NCBI GenBank assembly: GCA_963728205.1
Contig: CAVSIV010000006.1
Location: 1,216,001-1,280,000 of the forward strand
From: an uncultured Chloroflexia bacterium
GTDB taxonomy: Bacteria; Chloroflexota; Dehalococcoidia; UBA2979
Length of the DNA stretch: 64,000 bases
Direction: 5' to 3'
The notes below the pieces were generated by a model. The model was given only the letters and a program-made list of their open reading frames with translations. It searched no databases and was not told the DNA's origin. How positions within the stretch are numbered: the first letter of the stretch is position 1; the number at the start of each line of letters is the position of its first letter. Shown here in pieces: positions 19,176 through 29,786 of the stretch. The translations under genes were made by a program, and so were the position numbers.

Positions 19176-20243
19176 CTAGAGCAGCCCGCGTGCGAACAGG
19201 CGGCGGACCGACGCGCCGCACGTGTCGAAGAGCTCGGGCCACGGCACCTCGTCGGCGGCGAACCAGCGCAGCTCGCTCATCTCCGGCGTCGGTGCGGGCT
19301 CGTCGTCCGTCTCGCCGTGGTAGGCGACCTCGACATGCGTCGGCGTGGAGTAGACGTGAACGAGCCCGGTGATGCGTGCGCGCACCGTGGTTTCCTCGCG
19401 GATCTCGCGGACCGCCGCTTCCTCCGCGGTCTCGCCCGGGTCGATGTAGCCGGCCGGCCCGGCCCACAGGCCGAAGCCCGGGCGCCGCGGGTTGGCGCGG
19501 CGCCCGAGGAGGACGCGGCCGTCGCGCACGGCGAGCAGGCTCGATGCTGCGAGCGGGTTCACCCAGTGCGGCGCGTCGCAGCGCGCGCAGCGGGCGTGCC
19601 CCGCCTCGCCCGTCCGGGCGGGACGCGTGGCGCCGCCGCAGGCGCGGCAGTACGCCGGGAGGGCGCGATCACGGGGGGCGCGTGCGAGCGGGACCGCGTG
19701 GTCCCCGGCCGCGTCGACTGCGGGCGCGTCCAGCCCCGCGGCCAGCAGGGCGCGTAGCGCCACGGCCGTCGATGCGAACGCGAGCTCGTCCCATGGGAGC
19801 TCGGACGGCGCGAACCAGCGGCAGGCATCGACCTCGTCGCCGGGCACCGGTTCGCCGTCGGCGACGCCGCGGTAGGCGATCACGAGGTGGTGCGGATCGA
19901 CGAGCGTGTGCGGGCGCCCGACGATGCCGGTGACGCGCACCCGCAGCCCGACTTCCTCGAGGGTCTCGCGCCGTGCCGCGCCTTCGGCCGACTCGCCGGC
20001 CTCGACAAACCCGCCGGGGTAGGCCCAGCGGCCGCCGGCGCGCTCCATCGCCGCGGCTCGCCGCACGAGGAGCACGCGCCCGTCGCGGACCACGAGGACG
20101 CCGGCGACCGGGAGCGGGTTGCGCCACTCGACGCCCCGGCAGGCAAGGCACGACGCGTGGCCGGCGTCGCGCGGCCAGGCGGCCGCGAGCGGGGCTCCGC
20201 AGTGGATGCAATGGGCGACCGTCGGGCCGGGCGAGACGGTCAT
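19176..20243 (-). CDS. Tandem double Nudix hydrolase, each module with an N-terminal Zn ribbon
   Basis: Two modules of CxxCG...CxxC-WxNP plus Nudix boxes 'GFVEAGESAEGAARRETLEEVG' and 'GYIDPGETAEEAAVREIREETT'. Confidence 0.85.
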   Translation of the reverse strand: MTVSPGPTVAHCIHCGAPLAAAWPRDAGHASCLACRGVEWRNPLPVAGVLVVRDGRVLLVRRAAAMERAGGRWAYPGGFVEAGESAEGAARRETLEEVGLRVRVTGIVGRPHTLVDPHHLVIAYRGVADGEPVPGDEVDACRWFAPSELPWDELAFASTAVALRALLAAGLDAPAVDAAGDHAVPLARAPRDRALPAYCRACGGATRPARTGEAGHARCARCDAPHWVNPLAASSLLAVRDGRVLLGRRANPRRPGFGLWAGPAGYIDPGETAEEAAVREIREETTVRARITGLVHVYSTPTHVEVAYHGETDDEPAPTPEMSELRWFAADEVPWPELFDTCGASVRRLFARGLL

Positions 20244-20269
20244 GGGGGAGCGCGCCGGCGCCGCGCCGC

Positions 20270-20983
20270 TCACCGGCGGAGGGGCTTCGGCTGCACGCCT
20301 TCCTGCCAGCGGCTGCCGCCGGGCCCATACTCCTTCTTCCACACCGGCACCGTCTCCTTGATGCGGTCGACCGTGCGCAGCGCCGCCGCGAACGCGTCGC
20401 CGCGGTGCGCGGCGGAGACGGCCACGACGAGCGACGTCTCGCCGACTTCGAGCGGGCCGATGCGGTGGTGTGCGGCGATCGCGTGAACCTCGCGGTCGCG
20501 GAAGTCGGCGAGCACCTCGTCGGCGACCGCGCGCAGCTGACGCTCCGCCATCTCGGCGTACGCCTCGTACTCGAGGCGGAGCACCGCGTGCCCCTCATGG
20601 TGGTTGCGCACGACGCCCTCGAACACGACGGCCGCGCCGCTCGCCGGCGTCATCACGATGTCGCGGAGCGCCTGCGCGCGCAGTTCAGCGGTCGTGACGA
20701 GGAACGGCGGCGTCTCGTTGGGATCCGCGTCCGGCGCGCCACCGGAGATCGGGGGGACGAGCGCGACGGTGTCACCGTCCGACAGCTCGTGCGTGTCCTC
20801 GAGGACGTAGTCCTCGTTTACGGCGATCGCGACGCCGCTGAGGTACGGCTTGAGCTTCGGCTGCGACGCCTCGAGCCGCGCGCGGAGGTCGCCGACGGTG
20901 ACGCGCGGCGCTTCGAACTGCTCCGTGAGGTCGCCGCCGACGACGTCGCGAAGACCGGCGAAGAGACGAATCTGAACCTGCAC
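20270..20983 (-). CDS. moaX: Molybdopterin synthase MoaD-MoaE fusion (MoaX-type)
   Basis: MoaD 'IRLFAGLRD...AIAVN...VALVPPISGG' fused in frame to MoaE 'GAAVVFEGVVRN', 'LEYEAY', 'HRIG', 'VPVWKKE'. Confidence 0.9.
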   Translation of the reverse strand: MQVQIRLFAGLRDVVGGDLTEQFEAPRVTVGDLRARLEASQPKLKPYLSGVAIAVNEDYVLEDTHELSDGDTVALVPPISGGAPDADPNETPPFLVTTAELRAQALRDIVMTPASGAAVVFEGVVRNHHEGHAVLRLEYEAYAEMAERQLRAVADEVLADFRDREVHAIAAHHRIGPLEVGETSLVVAVSAAHRGDAFAAALRTVDRIKETVPVWKKEYGPGGSRWQEGVQPKPLRR

Positions 20984-21031
20984 GGGGCTGCTCCGGGAGT
21001 GCGCGGGGGCGGGGGGTCGGCCCCAGTATAG

Positions 21032-21808
21032 GTGCGGGCCGGTGCGCCGGCGGCCGTCCGGCGTGGCAGAGTGGGTGGGCGGCCGGTGGCGGGGAGACGA
21101 GCCGTGGCCAGGGGGCGCTGGCGGCTGCGGGACGCGGTCGACGCGGCGAGCGAGATGATGCTCCCGCAGCGGTGCATCGCGTGCGGGCGCTACGGTGCCG
21201 CGCTACACGACGCGTGCGCCGCGGCGCTGCCGCGCGCGGCGGGTTCGCGCTGCCGGGTGTGCTGGGAGCCGGGCGAGGTATCGCCGTGCGCGCGCTGCGC
21301 CGGCGGCGGCGAGGACGCGCCGGCGGTGGACGCGCTGCGCGCGGCGTTCCCGTTCGAGGGCGTGGCGCGCCGCGCGATCCTCGAGGCGAAGTTCCGCGGC
21401 GTGCTCGCGCTGCTCCCGCCTCTGGGTCGCGCCGCGGCGCCGGCGGTGCCGTCTGAGTGGGCGCCGGATGTCGTCGTCCCGGTGCCGCTTGCCGTGCGGC
21501 GCCGGCGCCAGCGCGGGTTCAACCAGGCGGAGGTGGCGGCGCGGCCGATCGCCCGGCGGGTCGAGGCGCCGCTGGCGCCCCGGCTGGTGGAACGCGTGCG
21601 CGAGACATCGCCGCAGTCGACGCTCGACGCGAAGGGACGGCGCCACAACCTCGACGGCGCCTTCGCCGTGCGCGGCCCCGTTCCGCCGAACGTCCTGCTC
21701 GTCGACGATGTGACGACGACGACCGCGACGCTCTCGGCCGTGGCGCGCGCACTGCGTGCCGCGGGCGCGGAGCGCGTGTACGGGCTCGCGCTCGCGCGGG
21801 AGGACTGA
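21032..21808 (+). CDS. comF: ComF family protein (double Zn ribbon + PRTase domain); start uncertain
   Basis: CxxC pairs, 'VVVPVPL', 'RGFNQAE', 'VLLVDDVTTT'. Confidence 0.85.
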   Translation: MRAGAPAAVRRGRVGGRPVAGRRAVARGRWRLRDAVDAASEMMLPQRCIACGRYGAALHDACAAALPRAAGSRCRVCWEPGEVSPCARCAGGGEDAPAVDALRAAFPFEGVARRAILEAKFRGVLALLPPLGRAAAPAVPSEWAPDVVVPVPLAVRRRRQRGFNQAEVAARPIARRVEAPLAPRLVERVRETSPQSTLDAKGRRHNLDGAFAVRGPVPPNVLLVDDVTTTTATLSAVARALRAAGAERVYGLALARED

Positions 21809-22102
21809 GTTCGCCGGCGTCCGCCGCCGGTCGCCGGGAGCGGGCCGCGGGCCTCGGGTGCCGGTCGAGTGAGCGGCGACGACGGATGCCGCTGCGCGCT
21901 CGCCGTTCGCCCCGCCGGCCACACCGCGCAATTCCCGCGGGAGACTGCGCACCGTGCGCCAGCGGGAGTTCTGCGTAAGCCTCTCCGTCCGGTGGGTGAC
22001 GCCGCGCGAAGGTTCGGGTGCGACGCGGCTGGCGCGTTGCGCCATCGCCCGCCATACAATCGGCGTGCCTGCGAGCGCAGCGTCGCGGTCCGGGGGCCGT
22101 CC

Positions 22103-23065
22103 ATGATCATCACCATCACGCTGAACCCGGCGATCGATCAGACGATCGAGATCGAGCGGCTGGTCGTCGGCGACACCAATCGCGTTGTCGCCAACCGTTT
22201 CGACATCGGCGGCAAGGGCATCAACGTTGCGCGCGTCCTGAAGGAGCTGCACTACGAGCCGATCGCCATGGGCTTCGGCGTCGGCGAGCTCGGGCGGATG
22301 ATCGAGGACCAGCTGCTCGACTCCGGCATCGGCTGCGACTTCGTCTACATCCCCGGCGAGACGCGCACGAACCTCACGATCCTGGACCGCTCCACGCACA
22401 CGCACACGGTGATGAGCGGACCCGGCGAGACGGTCAGCGAGCGCGAGCACGCGCAGTTCCTGCAGCGCCTGCGTCGGCGGCTGCGGCGAGACTCCTGGCT
22501 GGTGATCGCGGGATCGATTCCGCCGCCGGGCGATCCCTCCGTCTACGTGCAGCTGATCCTCGCGGCGCAGCACGAGGGCGCGCTCGTCGGGCTCGACGCG
22601 GATGGGCCCGTGGTGCACGCGGTGCTCGAGGCCGGCGTCCGGCCGGCGCTGGTCAAGGTCAACGAACACGAGCTCGAGCGGCTGATCGGCGCGCCGGTCG
22701 CGTCGGAGCGCGACGCCATCGCCGGCGCGGAGCAGATGCGCGCCTACGGCGTGCCGAACGTAATCGTCACGCGCGGCGCCGACCCGGCGATCGCGCTGAC
22801 GTCGGCCGGCGACTATCGCGTGTACGTGCCGCACGTCCAGGTCGAGTCCGCGGTCGGGGCAGGGGATGCGTTCCTTGCCGGGGTGCTGCTCGGACTCAAG
22901 CGAGGCGATGGCTGGGAGCGGGCGCTCGCGCTCGGCGCCGCGGCGGGGTCCGCGTGCTGCCTCGCACACGGCACGCAGCTGTGCCGCGAAATCGACGTCA
23001 CGCGCCTGCGCCCGCAGGCGTACATCGAGCGGCTCGAGCGGGTCCCCGCCGGTCGCGCGCTCTGA
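22103..23065 (+). CDS. PfkB family 1-phosphofructokinase-like sugar kinase
   Basis: 'ITLNPAID', 'GGKGINVAR', 'GETRTN', 'KVNEHE', 'SAVGAGDAFLAG'. Confidence 0.9.
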   Translation: MIITITLNPAIDQTIEIERLVVGDTNRVVANRFDIGGKGINVARVLKELHYEPIAMGFGVGELGRMIEDQLLDSGIGCDFVYIPGETRTNLTILDRSTHTHTVMSGPGETVSEREHAQFLQRLRRRLRRDSWLVIAGSIPPPGDPSVYVQLILAAQHEGALVGLDADGPVVHAVLEAGVRPALVKVNEHELERLIGAPVASERDAIAGAEQMRAYGVPNVIVTRGADPAIALTSAGDYRVYVPHVQVESAVGAGDAFLAGVLLGLKRGDGWERALALGAAAGSACCLAHGTQLCREIDVTRLRPQAYIERLERVPAGRAL

Positions 23066-23092
23066 GCCGCCCTGTCCGGTGAGGCGCCGCCC

Positions 23093-24226
23093 GTGAACAA
23101 TCCCTCGCTGGTCGTCATGCTCGGCGGCGTGTCCGGCGGGCCACTCGAGACTCTCATGCGACGCGCGCTCGAGGCGAGCGCGCTCGACACGCTCGAAGTC
23201 GCGCTCGGCACCGGGCGCTTCGGGCGCGCGCTGCTGCTCGCCGACGCCGCTCCGGCCCTGCCGGTGCCCGACGGCGTGACGGTGGAGGTCGACGACCACC
23301 CCGACCGCCCGTTTCACTACGGCGAGCGGCTGGCCGCGGCGGTCGCGACGCATGGGATCGAGCGCGTGCTGTATGTCGGAGGCGGGAGCGGCCCGCTGCT
23401 CGGCGCCGAGGACTTCGTCGCGCTCGCGAACGGTGTGGCCGGGCCGTCGGCCGCGTGCGCGACGAACAACTACTTCTCGGCCGACCTCTTCGCGCTGCAT
23501 CCCGCGGGACTGCTCGCGCGCCTCGACCCGCCGCCGGTGTCCGACAACGCCGTGCCTCGCCGCCTCCGCGAGGACCTCGACGTCGAGGTGACGGAGCTGC
23601 CGCGCACGCTCGAGACGCAGCTCAACATCGACTCGCCGACGGAGCTGCTGGCCCTCGCGCTCGCCGGGCGCATCGGCACGCGCCTCGAGCGTGTGCTCGG
23701 CGAGTGGGCGCCGGACACCTCGCGGCTCGCGCGCGCGGCGATGACGTTCACGGACCGCGAGGCGGAGGTGCTGGTCGCGGGCCGCGTCGGCGGGAGCCGC
23801 GCGTGGCAGTACCTCGAGCGCGAGACGGCGTGCCGCGTGCGCATCCTCGCCGAGGAGCGCGGCATGCAGGCGGCGGGGCGCCACCTGGACGGCAGCGCGC
23901 GCTCGATGCTCGGGCAGCTCATCGGCGCCGCCGGCCCGGATCGGGTCTTCGGCGAACTGCTGCCGCAGCTCTGCGACGCCGCCTTCGTCGACATCCGCCC
24001 CACGCTCATCCACCTCGGGCTGCAGCCGTCGCGCGCCGACCGCTTCGCCGCGGATCTCGGGCTCGCAGACGACATCGAGGACCCGGAGCTCCGCGCGCTG
24101 GTCGCCGCCGCGAACGCCGCGCCGATCCCGGTGGTGCTCGGGGGGCACACGCTCGTCGCGGGCGCACTGATGCTGCTGAACGACTGGGCATGGGCCGAGC
24201 ACGACCGCGCCCGCGGGCTCGCGTAG
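23093..24226 (+). CDS. Conserved hypothetical protein, possibly GT-A/nucleotidyltransferase (CofC/MobA-like) fold
   Basis: Good codon usage; 'FHYGERL', 'YVGGGSGPLL', 'NNYFSAD', and 'NIDSPTEL', which resembles the D(V/I)DTPxDL end-motif of CofC/MobA-like enzymes. Confidence 0.55.
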   Translation: MNNPSLVVMLGGVSGGPLETLMRRALEASALDTLEVALGTGRFGRALLLADAAPALPVPDGVTVEVDDHPDRPFHYGERLAAAVATHGIERVLYVGGGSGPLLGAEDFVALANGVAGPSAACATNNYFSADLFALHPAGLLARLDPPPVSDNAVPRRLREDLDVEVTELPRTLETQLNIDSPTELLALALAGRIGTRLERVLGEWAPDTSRLARAAMTFTDREAEVLVAGRVGGSRAWQYLERETACRVRILAEERGMQAAGRHLDGSARSMLGQLIGAAGPDRVFGELLPQLCDAAFVDIRPTLIHLGLQPSRADRFAADLGLADDIEDPELRALVAAANAAPIPVVLGGHTLVAGALMLLNDWAWAEHDRARGLA

Positions 24227-24325
24227 TGGCCTCCCCGGCGAGTGCATCGCGGCGCGCGTAGCCACCTCGTCCGCTAGCATGGCGCGCACAACCCGGACCT
24301 GCCCCGCCCGCGTCGAGGACATGCC

Positions 24326-25609
24326 ATGACCGCACCGTCGAACCGCGCCACGCGCCAGCAGCCCTCGCTGGCCGAGGTGGACCCCGAGGTCTTCGCGGCG
24401 ATCCGTCACGAGGAGGAGCGCCAGAGCAGCGTCCTCGAGATGATCCCCTCCGAGAACTACGCCAGCCGCGCCGTGATCGAGGCCGTCGGCAGCGTACTCA
24501 CCAACAAGTACGCGGAGGGCTACGCGGGCGCCCGCTACTACCACGGCAACCAGTACGTCGACGACGTCGAGACGCTCGCCATCGAGCGCGCGCAGCGCCT
24601 GTTCGGTGCCGACCACGCGAACGTGCAGCCGCACTCCGGTGCCCAGGCGAACATGGCCGTCTACCTCGGCGTGCTGAAGCCGGGCGATCCCGTCCTCGGC
24701 ATGCAGCTCGACGCCGGTGGCCATCTCACGCACGGCTCGCCGGTCAACGCGAGCGCGAAGCTCTACCGCTTCGCCGCGTACGGTGTCGACCGCGAGACCG
24801 AGGTCATCGACTACGACGCGATGCTCGAGACGGCGAAGCAGCACGAGCCGAAGATCATCGTCGTCGGCGCGACGGCGTACCCGCGGCAGTTCGACTTCGC
24901 GCGCGCCCGGGCCGTGGCGGACGAGGTCGGCGCGGTGCTGATGGCGGACATGGCGCATATCGCCGGCCTGGTTGCCGGCGGCGCGCATCCGTCGCCCGTC
25001 GGGCATGCGCAGCTGATCACGACGTCGACGCACAAGACGCTGCGTGGCCCGCGCGGCGGCATGATCCTCAGCGACCAGAAGTTCGCGCGCCGGGTCGACC
25101 GCGGGGTCTTCCCCGGCACGCAGGGCGGCCCGCTGATGCACGTGATCGCCGGGAAGGCGGTCATGCTCAAGGAGGCCGACAGCGAGGAGTTCCGTGCCTA
25201 CGCGCGCCAGACCGTCGCGAACGCGAAGGCGCTGGCGGCCGCGCTCATGGACGCCGGGCTGCGCCTGGTGTCGGGCGGCACCGACACCCACCTCGTGCTG
25301 ATCGACGTGCGCGACCTCGGCATCAACGGCCACGAAGGCGCGGACGCGCTCGAGCGCGCGGGCGTCGTCGCGAACTACAACACGATCCCCTTCGACCCGC
25401 TGCCCCCGACGCTCGGCTCGGGTGTGCGCATGGGCACGCCGGCGCTCACGTCGCGCGGCATGCGCGAGGAGGAGATGCAGCGCGTCGGCGGCCTGATCGC
25501 TCGCGTGTTACGCGCCCCGAGCGACGCCGGCGTGGCGGAGCAGGTGCGCGCCGAGGTCGCCGAGCTGTGCGCAGGGTTCCCCGCCCCGGGTATCCCCGCT
25601 CGCGCGTAG
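24326..25609 (+). CDS. glyA: Serine hydroxymethyltransferase
   Basis: 'SENYAS', 'NKYAEGY', 'NVQPHSG', 'GGHLTHG', PLP lysine in '[12 protein letters not shown]'. Confidence 0.97.
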   Translation: MTAPSNRATRQQPSLAEVDPEVFAAIRHEEERQSSVLEMIPSENYASRAVIEAVGSVLTNKYAEGYAGARYYHGNQYVDDVETLAIERAQRLFGADHANVQPHSGAQANMAVYLGVLKPGDPVLGMQLDAGGHLTHGSPVNASAKLYRFAAYGVDRETEVIDYDAMLETAKQHEPKIIVVGATAYPRQFDFARARAVADEVGAVLMADMAHIAGLVAGGAHPSPVGHAQLITTSTHKTLRGPRGGMILSDQKFARRVDRGVFPGTQGGPLMHVIAGKAVMLKEADSEEFRAYARQTVANAKALAAALMDAGLRLVSGGTDTHLVLIDVRDLGINGHEGADALERAGVVANYNTIPFDPLPPTLGSGVRMGTPALTSRGMREEEMQRVGGLIARVLRAPSDAGVAEQVRAEVAELCAGFPAPGIPARA

Positions 25610-25730
25610 GCGCACCCACAGCTTTCGGGGCCCATCCCCGCTCGATCCCTCAATACGACCGGATATAATCCCGGCCTGCCCCGGGCCGTGTCCGGGTGCG
25701 TTCGCGCTTACCGGATGCAGGAGGCGACAC

Positions 25731-26948
<1,218 letters not shown>

Positions 26949-27134
26949 CCGCCGTTGCGCGTCTCTGGTGCTCGCATGCGGGGGCGGCACGGCCGCTCCC
27001 GCCGCGTTTGTGCCTAGTCGCGCGCGCCTCCTACACTCGTTGAGCCCGAACGAGGGCTACCCACACCGCTTGATCGGGGCGCGCAACGGTGACGCCGGGC
27101 GCGCCTCCATCGACCAGGGTCAGCGGAGGCACCT

Positions 27135-27713
27135 GTGCACGAGTACGAGTTGATGTACATCCTTCACCCGCGGCTGACCGCGGATGAGACGGCCGGCGCC
27201 ATCGAGCGCGTGAGCGAGCGCGTGACGTCGGTCGGCGGAGAGATCCTCTCCATCGACAACTGGGGCAGGCGGCGGCTCGCCTACCCGATCCACCACCACT
27301 TCGAGGGCACGTACGTGCTGGCGACCATGCGGCTGCCGGCGGAGGCGACGGCGCCCCTCGAGTCGGCCCTGCGAATTTCCGAGGACGTGATCCGGCACCT
27401 GCTCATCCGTGGCATCATCGCGTACGAAGGGCCGCCGATGCAGGAGGAGCGGGGTCGCTCGCAGCGGCCGAGCGCCGGCGAAGCCGAGGCTGCGCCCGCG
27501 GAGCGACCGGTCGCCGCGGCCGAGGAGGGCGCCGCGAGCCCGGCCGAGCCGGCCGAGCCGACCGAGGCAGCCGAGCCGGTCACCGCGGCGGAGGCGCCGG
27601 TGGCAACCGAGTCCCCGGCCGAATCCTCGACCGAGACGCCCAGCTCTGAGAACGGCGGCAGCGAGTCAGGGTCGGAGGCGGAGGGGGAGCGGGCCGCCGG
27701 GACCGCCGAGTAG
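27135..27713 (+). CDS. rpsF: 30S ribosomal protein bS6 with long acidic C-terminal tail
   Basis: 'YELMYIL', 'WGRRRLAYPI', 'VIRHL'; followed by ssb and rpsR. Confidence 0.95.
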   Translation: MHEYELMYILHPRLTADETAGAIERVSERVTSVGGEILSIDNWGRRRLAYPIHHHFEGTYVLATMRLPAEATAPLESALRISEDVIRHLLIRGIIAYEGPPMQEERGRSQRPSAGEAEAAPAERPVAAAEEGAASPAEPAEPTEAAEPVTAAEAPVATESPAESSTETPSSENGGSESGSEAEGERAAGTAE

Positions 27714-27740
27714 GCACGCCGTCCCCCGAAGGGGGTCACC

Positions 27741-28157
27741 ATGCTCAACAAGGTCATGATCATCGGGAACCTGGGCGCCGACCCGGAGATGCGGTACACC
27801 GCGAACGGGAACGCCGTCACCACCTTCAACGTCGCCACGTCGCGCCGCTTCACCGACAGCAACGGCGAGCGCCGCGAGGAGACCGAGTGGTTCCGCGTCG
27901 TGACCTGGGCGCGCCTTGCCGAAACCTGCGCGCAGTACTTGACGAAGGGCCGCCAGGTCTACGTTGAGGGGCGCATGCAGACGCGCTCCTGGGAGGGCCA
28001 GGACGGCCAGAAGCGCTACACCACCGAGCTTGTCGCCGAGGACGTGCGCTTCCTCGGCGGCGGCCGCCAGGACGAGTCGCATTCCTCGTTCACACCCGGC
28101 CTCCCGGTCGGTGCGGATGGCGAGGGCGACGTCGACCCGGACGATCTGCCCTTCTAG
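27741..28157 (+). CDS. ssb: Single-stranded DNA-binding protein
   Basis: 'LNKVMIIGNLGADPE', 'TEWFRVV', C-terminal 'DDLPF'. Confidence 0.97.
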   Translation: MLNKVMIIGNLGADPEMRYTANGNAVTTFNVATSRRFTDSNGERREETEWFRVVTWARLAETCAQYLTKGRQVYVEGRMQTRSWEGQDGQKRYTTELVAEDVRFLGGGRQDESHSSFTPGLPVGADGEGDVDPDDLPF

Positions 28158-28187
28158 CAACGGCCGAAGGGCAACGAGGAGGAACGA

Positions 28188-28511
28188 GTGACCAGCGACT
28201 TCGAAGACCGAGGCGGTCGCGGCGACGATCGCGAAGACCGCTTCCGACGCGGCGGACCCCGTCGCGGCGCCCGGCGCCGCGGCTGTGAGTTCTGCCAGCG
28301 CAAGACCGACGTCGTCGACTACAAGGACGTCGATCTGCTCCGCCGGTACGTCACCGAGCGTGGCAAGATCGACGCCCGTCGCAAGGTCTCGACGTGCGCG
28401 AAACACCAGCGGACCGTGGCGCAGGCGATCAAGCGCGCGCGCCACATCGCGCTGCTGCCGTACACGGCAGAGCACATCCGCTTGAGCGGCGTCGGCCTGG
28501 GCCGCCGCTAG
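28188..28511 (+). CDS. rpsR: 30S ribosomal protein bS18 (Zn-binding type)
   Basis: 'CEFC', 'DYKDVDLLRRY', 'CAKHQR', 'AIKRARHIALLPY'. Confidence 0.96.
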   Translation: MTSDFEDRGGRGDDREDRFRRGGPRRGARRRGCEFCQRKTDVVDYKDVDLLRRYVTERGKIDARRKVSTCAKHQRTVAQAIKRARHIALLPYTAEHIRLSGVGLGRR

Positions 28512-28529
28512 CCACAGCACGCGGCCTGC

Positions 28530-28552
28530 GGGGTCCCGCGCCGCGGGACCCC
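28530..28552 (+). terminator. Hairpin after rpsR
   Basis: GGGGTCCCGC-GCC-GCGGGACCCC. Confidence 0.5.
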
Positions 28553-28593
28553 CGGTCGTGCTCCGTCCCGGGGCTTCGGAGGGGAAGTCGCAG

Positions 28594-29751
28594 GTGTCGC
28601 GAAGCCGACAGGCGAACTCCAGGTCAAGCGCGCGCCGTGGGACCTCCGGGCTCCAGCAAAACCTCATCTACCTGATCGCCGGCGTGGTGCTCGCCGCGGC
28701 CGCGCTGATCGTGCTCGCCGGCGTCTACATCACCCAGTACCGCCCGCCGCGCGTGCGCATCCTCACCGTTCAGAACGAGCACTTCAACGCGTCGCAGGTC
28801 GTCGACCGCGGGGCCTACCTCACCGCGTTCCAGGGCGGCGTGACGAGCGCCGCCACGCTCGCGACGGACACGCTGAGCCGCCTCGAGGACGAGGCGAGCC
28901 TGCGCATCGCCGGACCCGCGCTCGTCGGCGACGTCACGCAGGACCAGGTGGACCAGCAGATCGCGAAGGAGCTCGGGCTCGCGCCAATCGCCGGCGTGCC
29001 CACCGAGACGCCGACACCCGCCGGCGGCGCCGCCGCCGGCGCGACCGGGACCGCGACGGCCACCGCCACCGCGACGCCGGAGCCGACGGCGACCGCCGCC
29101 GCGGGCGCCACGGGCACCCCTACCGCCGCGGCGACGCCGACGGATCGTGCGACCTTCGCGACGAAGTACCAGGACTTCCTCAACCTCGTCGGGCTGAGCA
29201 AGCACGAGTTCGAGCAGATCGTGCGCGCGCAGATCATTCAGCAGCGGCTGCAGCAGCAGTTCCAGGATTCGCTCGGCAGCAGCGGCCCGCAGGTCCGGCT
29301 GTCGCGCATCCGGCTGAACGACTCGGCGCTCGCACAGGTGATCGAGCAGCAGCTGAAGGACGGCGGCGACTTCGCGCAGCTGCACGACAAGTATTCGACC
29401 GGCAAGGAGTCGGGCGCGGGCGGGGACATCGGCTGGTCGCCCGTCTCCGTGCTGCCGGCCGACGTTCAGAGCGCGGTGAAGGACCTCAAGACCGGTGAGG
29501 TCAGCGGCGTCGTCAAGCAGGGCACGAACTACGACGTCTACGAGGTCACCGATCGCGCGACCGACCGCGCGTACGATGACACGATGAAGCAGCAGCTCGT
29601 GAGTCAGCAGGTCCAGGACTGGCTCAACGTGGAGCAGGCGAAGCTCACGATCTCGCGCTCGATGTCGGCCAGCGAAGAGTCGTGGCTCAACGACCACATC
29701 CTCGCGAAGGCGCAGGCCCTGGCGACGGCCGCGCAAAACTCGAGCCCGTAG
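28594..29751 (+). CDS. Membrane-anchored parvulin-type peptidyl-prolyl isomerase (PrsA/SurA-like)
   Basis: N-terminal TM helix; 'GGDFAQL..KYS', 'GGDIGW', 'LKTGEVSGVV'; internal T/A/P low-complexity insert. Confidence 0.75.
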   Translation: MSRSRQANSRSSARRGTSGLQQNLIYLIAGVVLAAAALIVLAGVYITQYRPPRVRILTVQNEHFNASQVVDRGAYLTAFQGGVTSAATLATDTLSRLEDEASLRIAGPALVGDVTQDQVDQQIAKELGLAPIAGVPTETPTPAGGAAAGATGTATATATATPEPTATAAAGATGTPTAAATPTDRATFATKYQDFLNLVGLSKHEFEQIVRAQIIQQRLQQQFQDSLGSSGPQVRLSRIRLNDSALAQVIEQQLKDGGDFAQLHDKYSTGKESGAGGDIGWSPVSVLPADVQSAVKDLKTGEVSGVVKQGTNYDVYEVTDRATDRAYDDTMKQQLVSQQVQDWLNVEQAKLTISRSMSASEESWLNDHILAKAQALATAAQNSSP

Positions 29752-29786
29752 GGGCCGCGCCCGGTCGCGGCTGGCATGAGGACGCG

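Noticed and set aside
21809-22102. About 290-nt intergenic region with the palindrome TCCCGCGGGA (21933-21942)
   Set aside because: Short GC-rich palindromes are expected by chance at this GC content, and no recognisable RNA or ORF is present. Only a TACAAT -10 hexamer (22055-22060) is evident.
24227-24325. ZTP (pfl) or glycine riboswitch upstream of glyA
   Set aside because: The leader after the TAGCAT -10 hexamer is only about 40 nt and lacks the consensus elements.
21203-25333. 1376-aa minus-strand ORF, and similar long antisense ORFs (5627-8344, 9678-12134, 29604-32195, 54246-56654)
   Set aside because: These are shadow frames opposite well-supported genes. High GC3 suppresses antisense stops, and the products have no motifs.
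28990-29150. Thr/Ala/Pro repeats in the PPIase (and in the cytochrome c linkers) as a tandem-repeat locus
   Set aside because: These are degenerate low-complexity protein linkers typical of secreted proteins, not nucleotide-level repeats.
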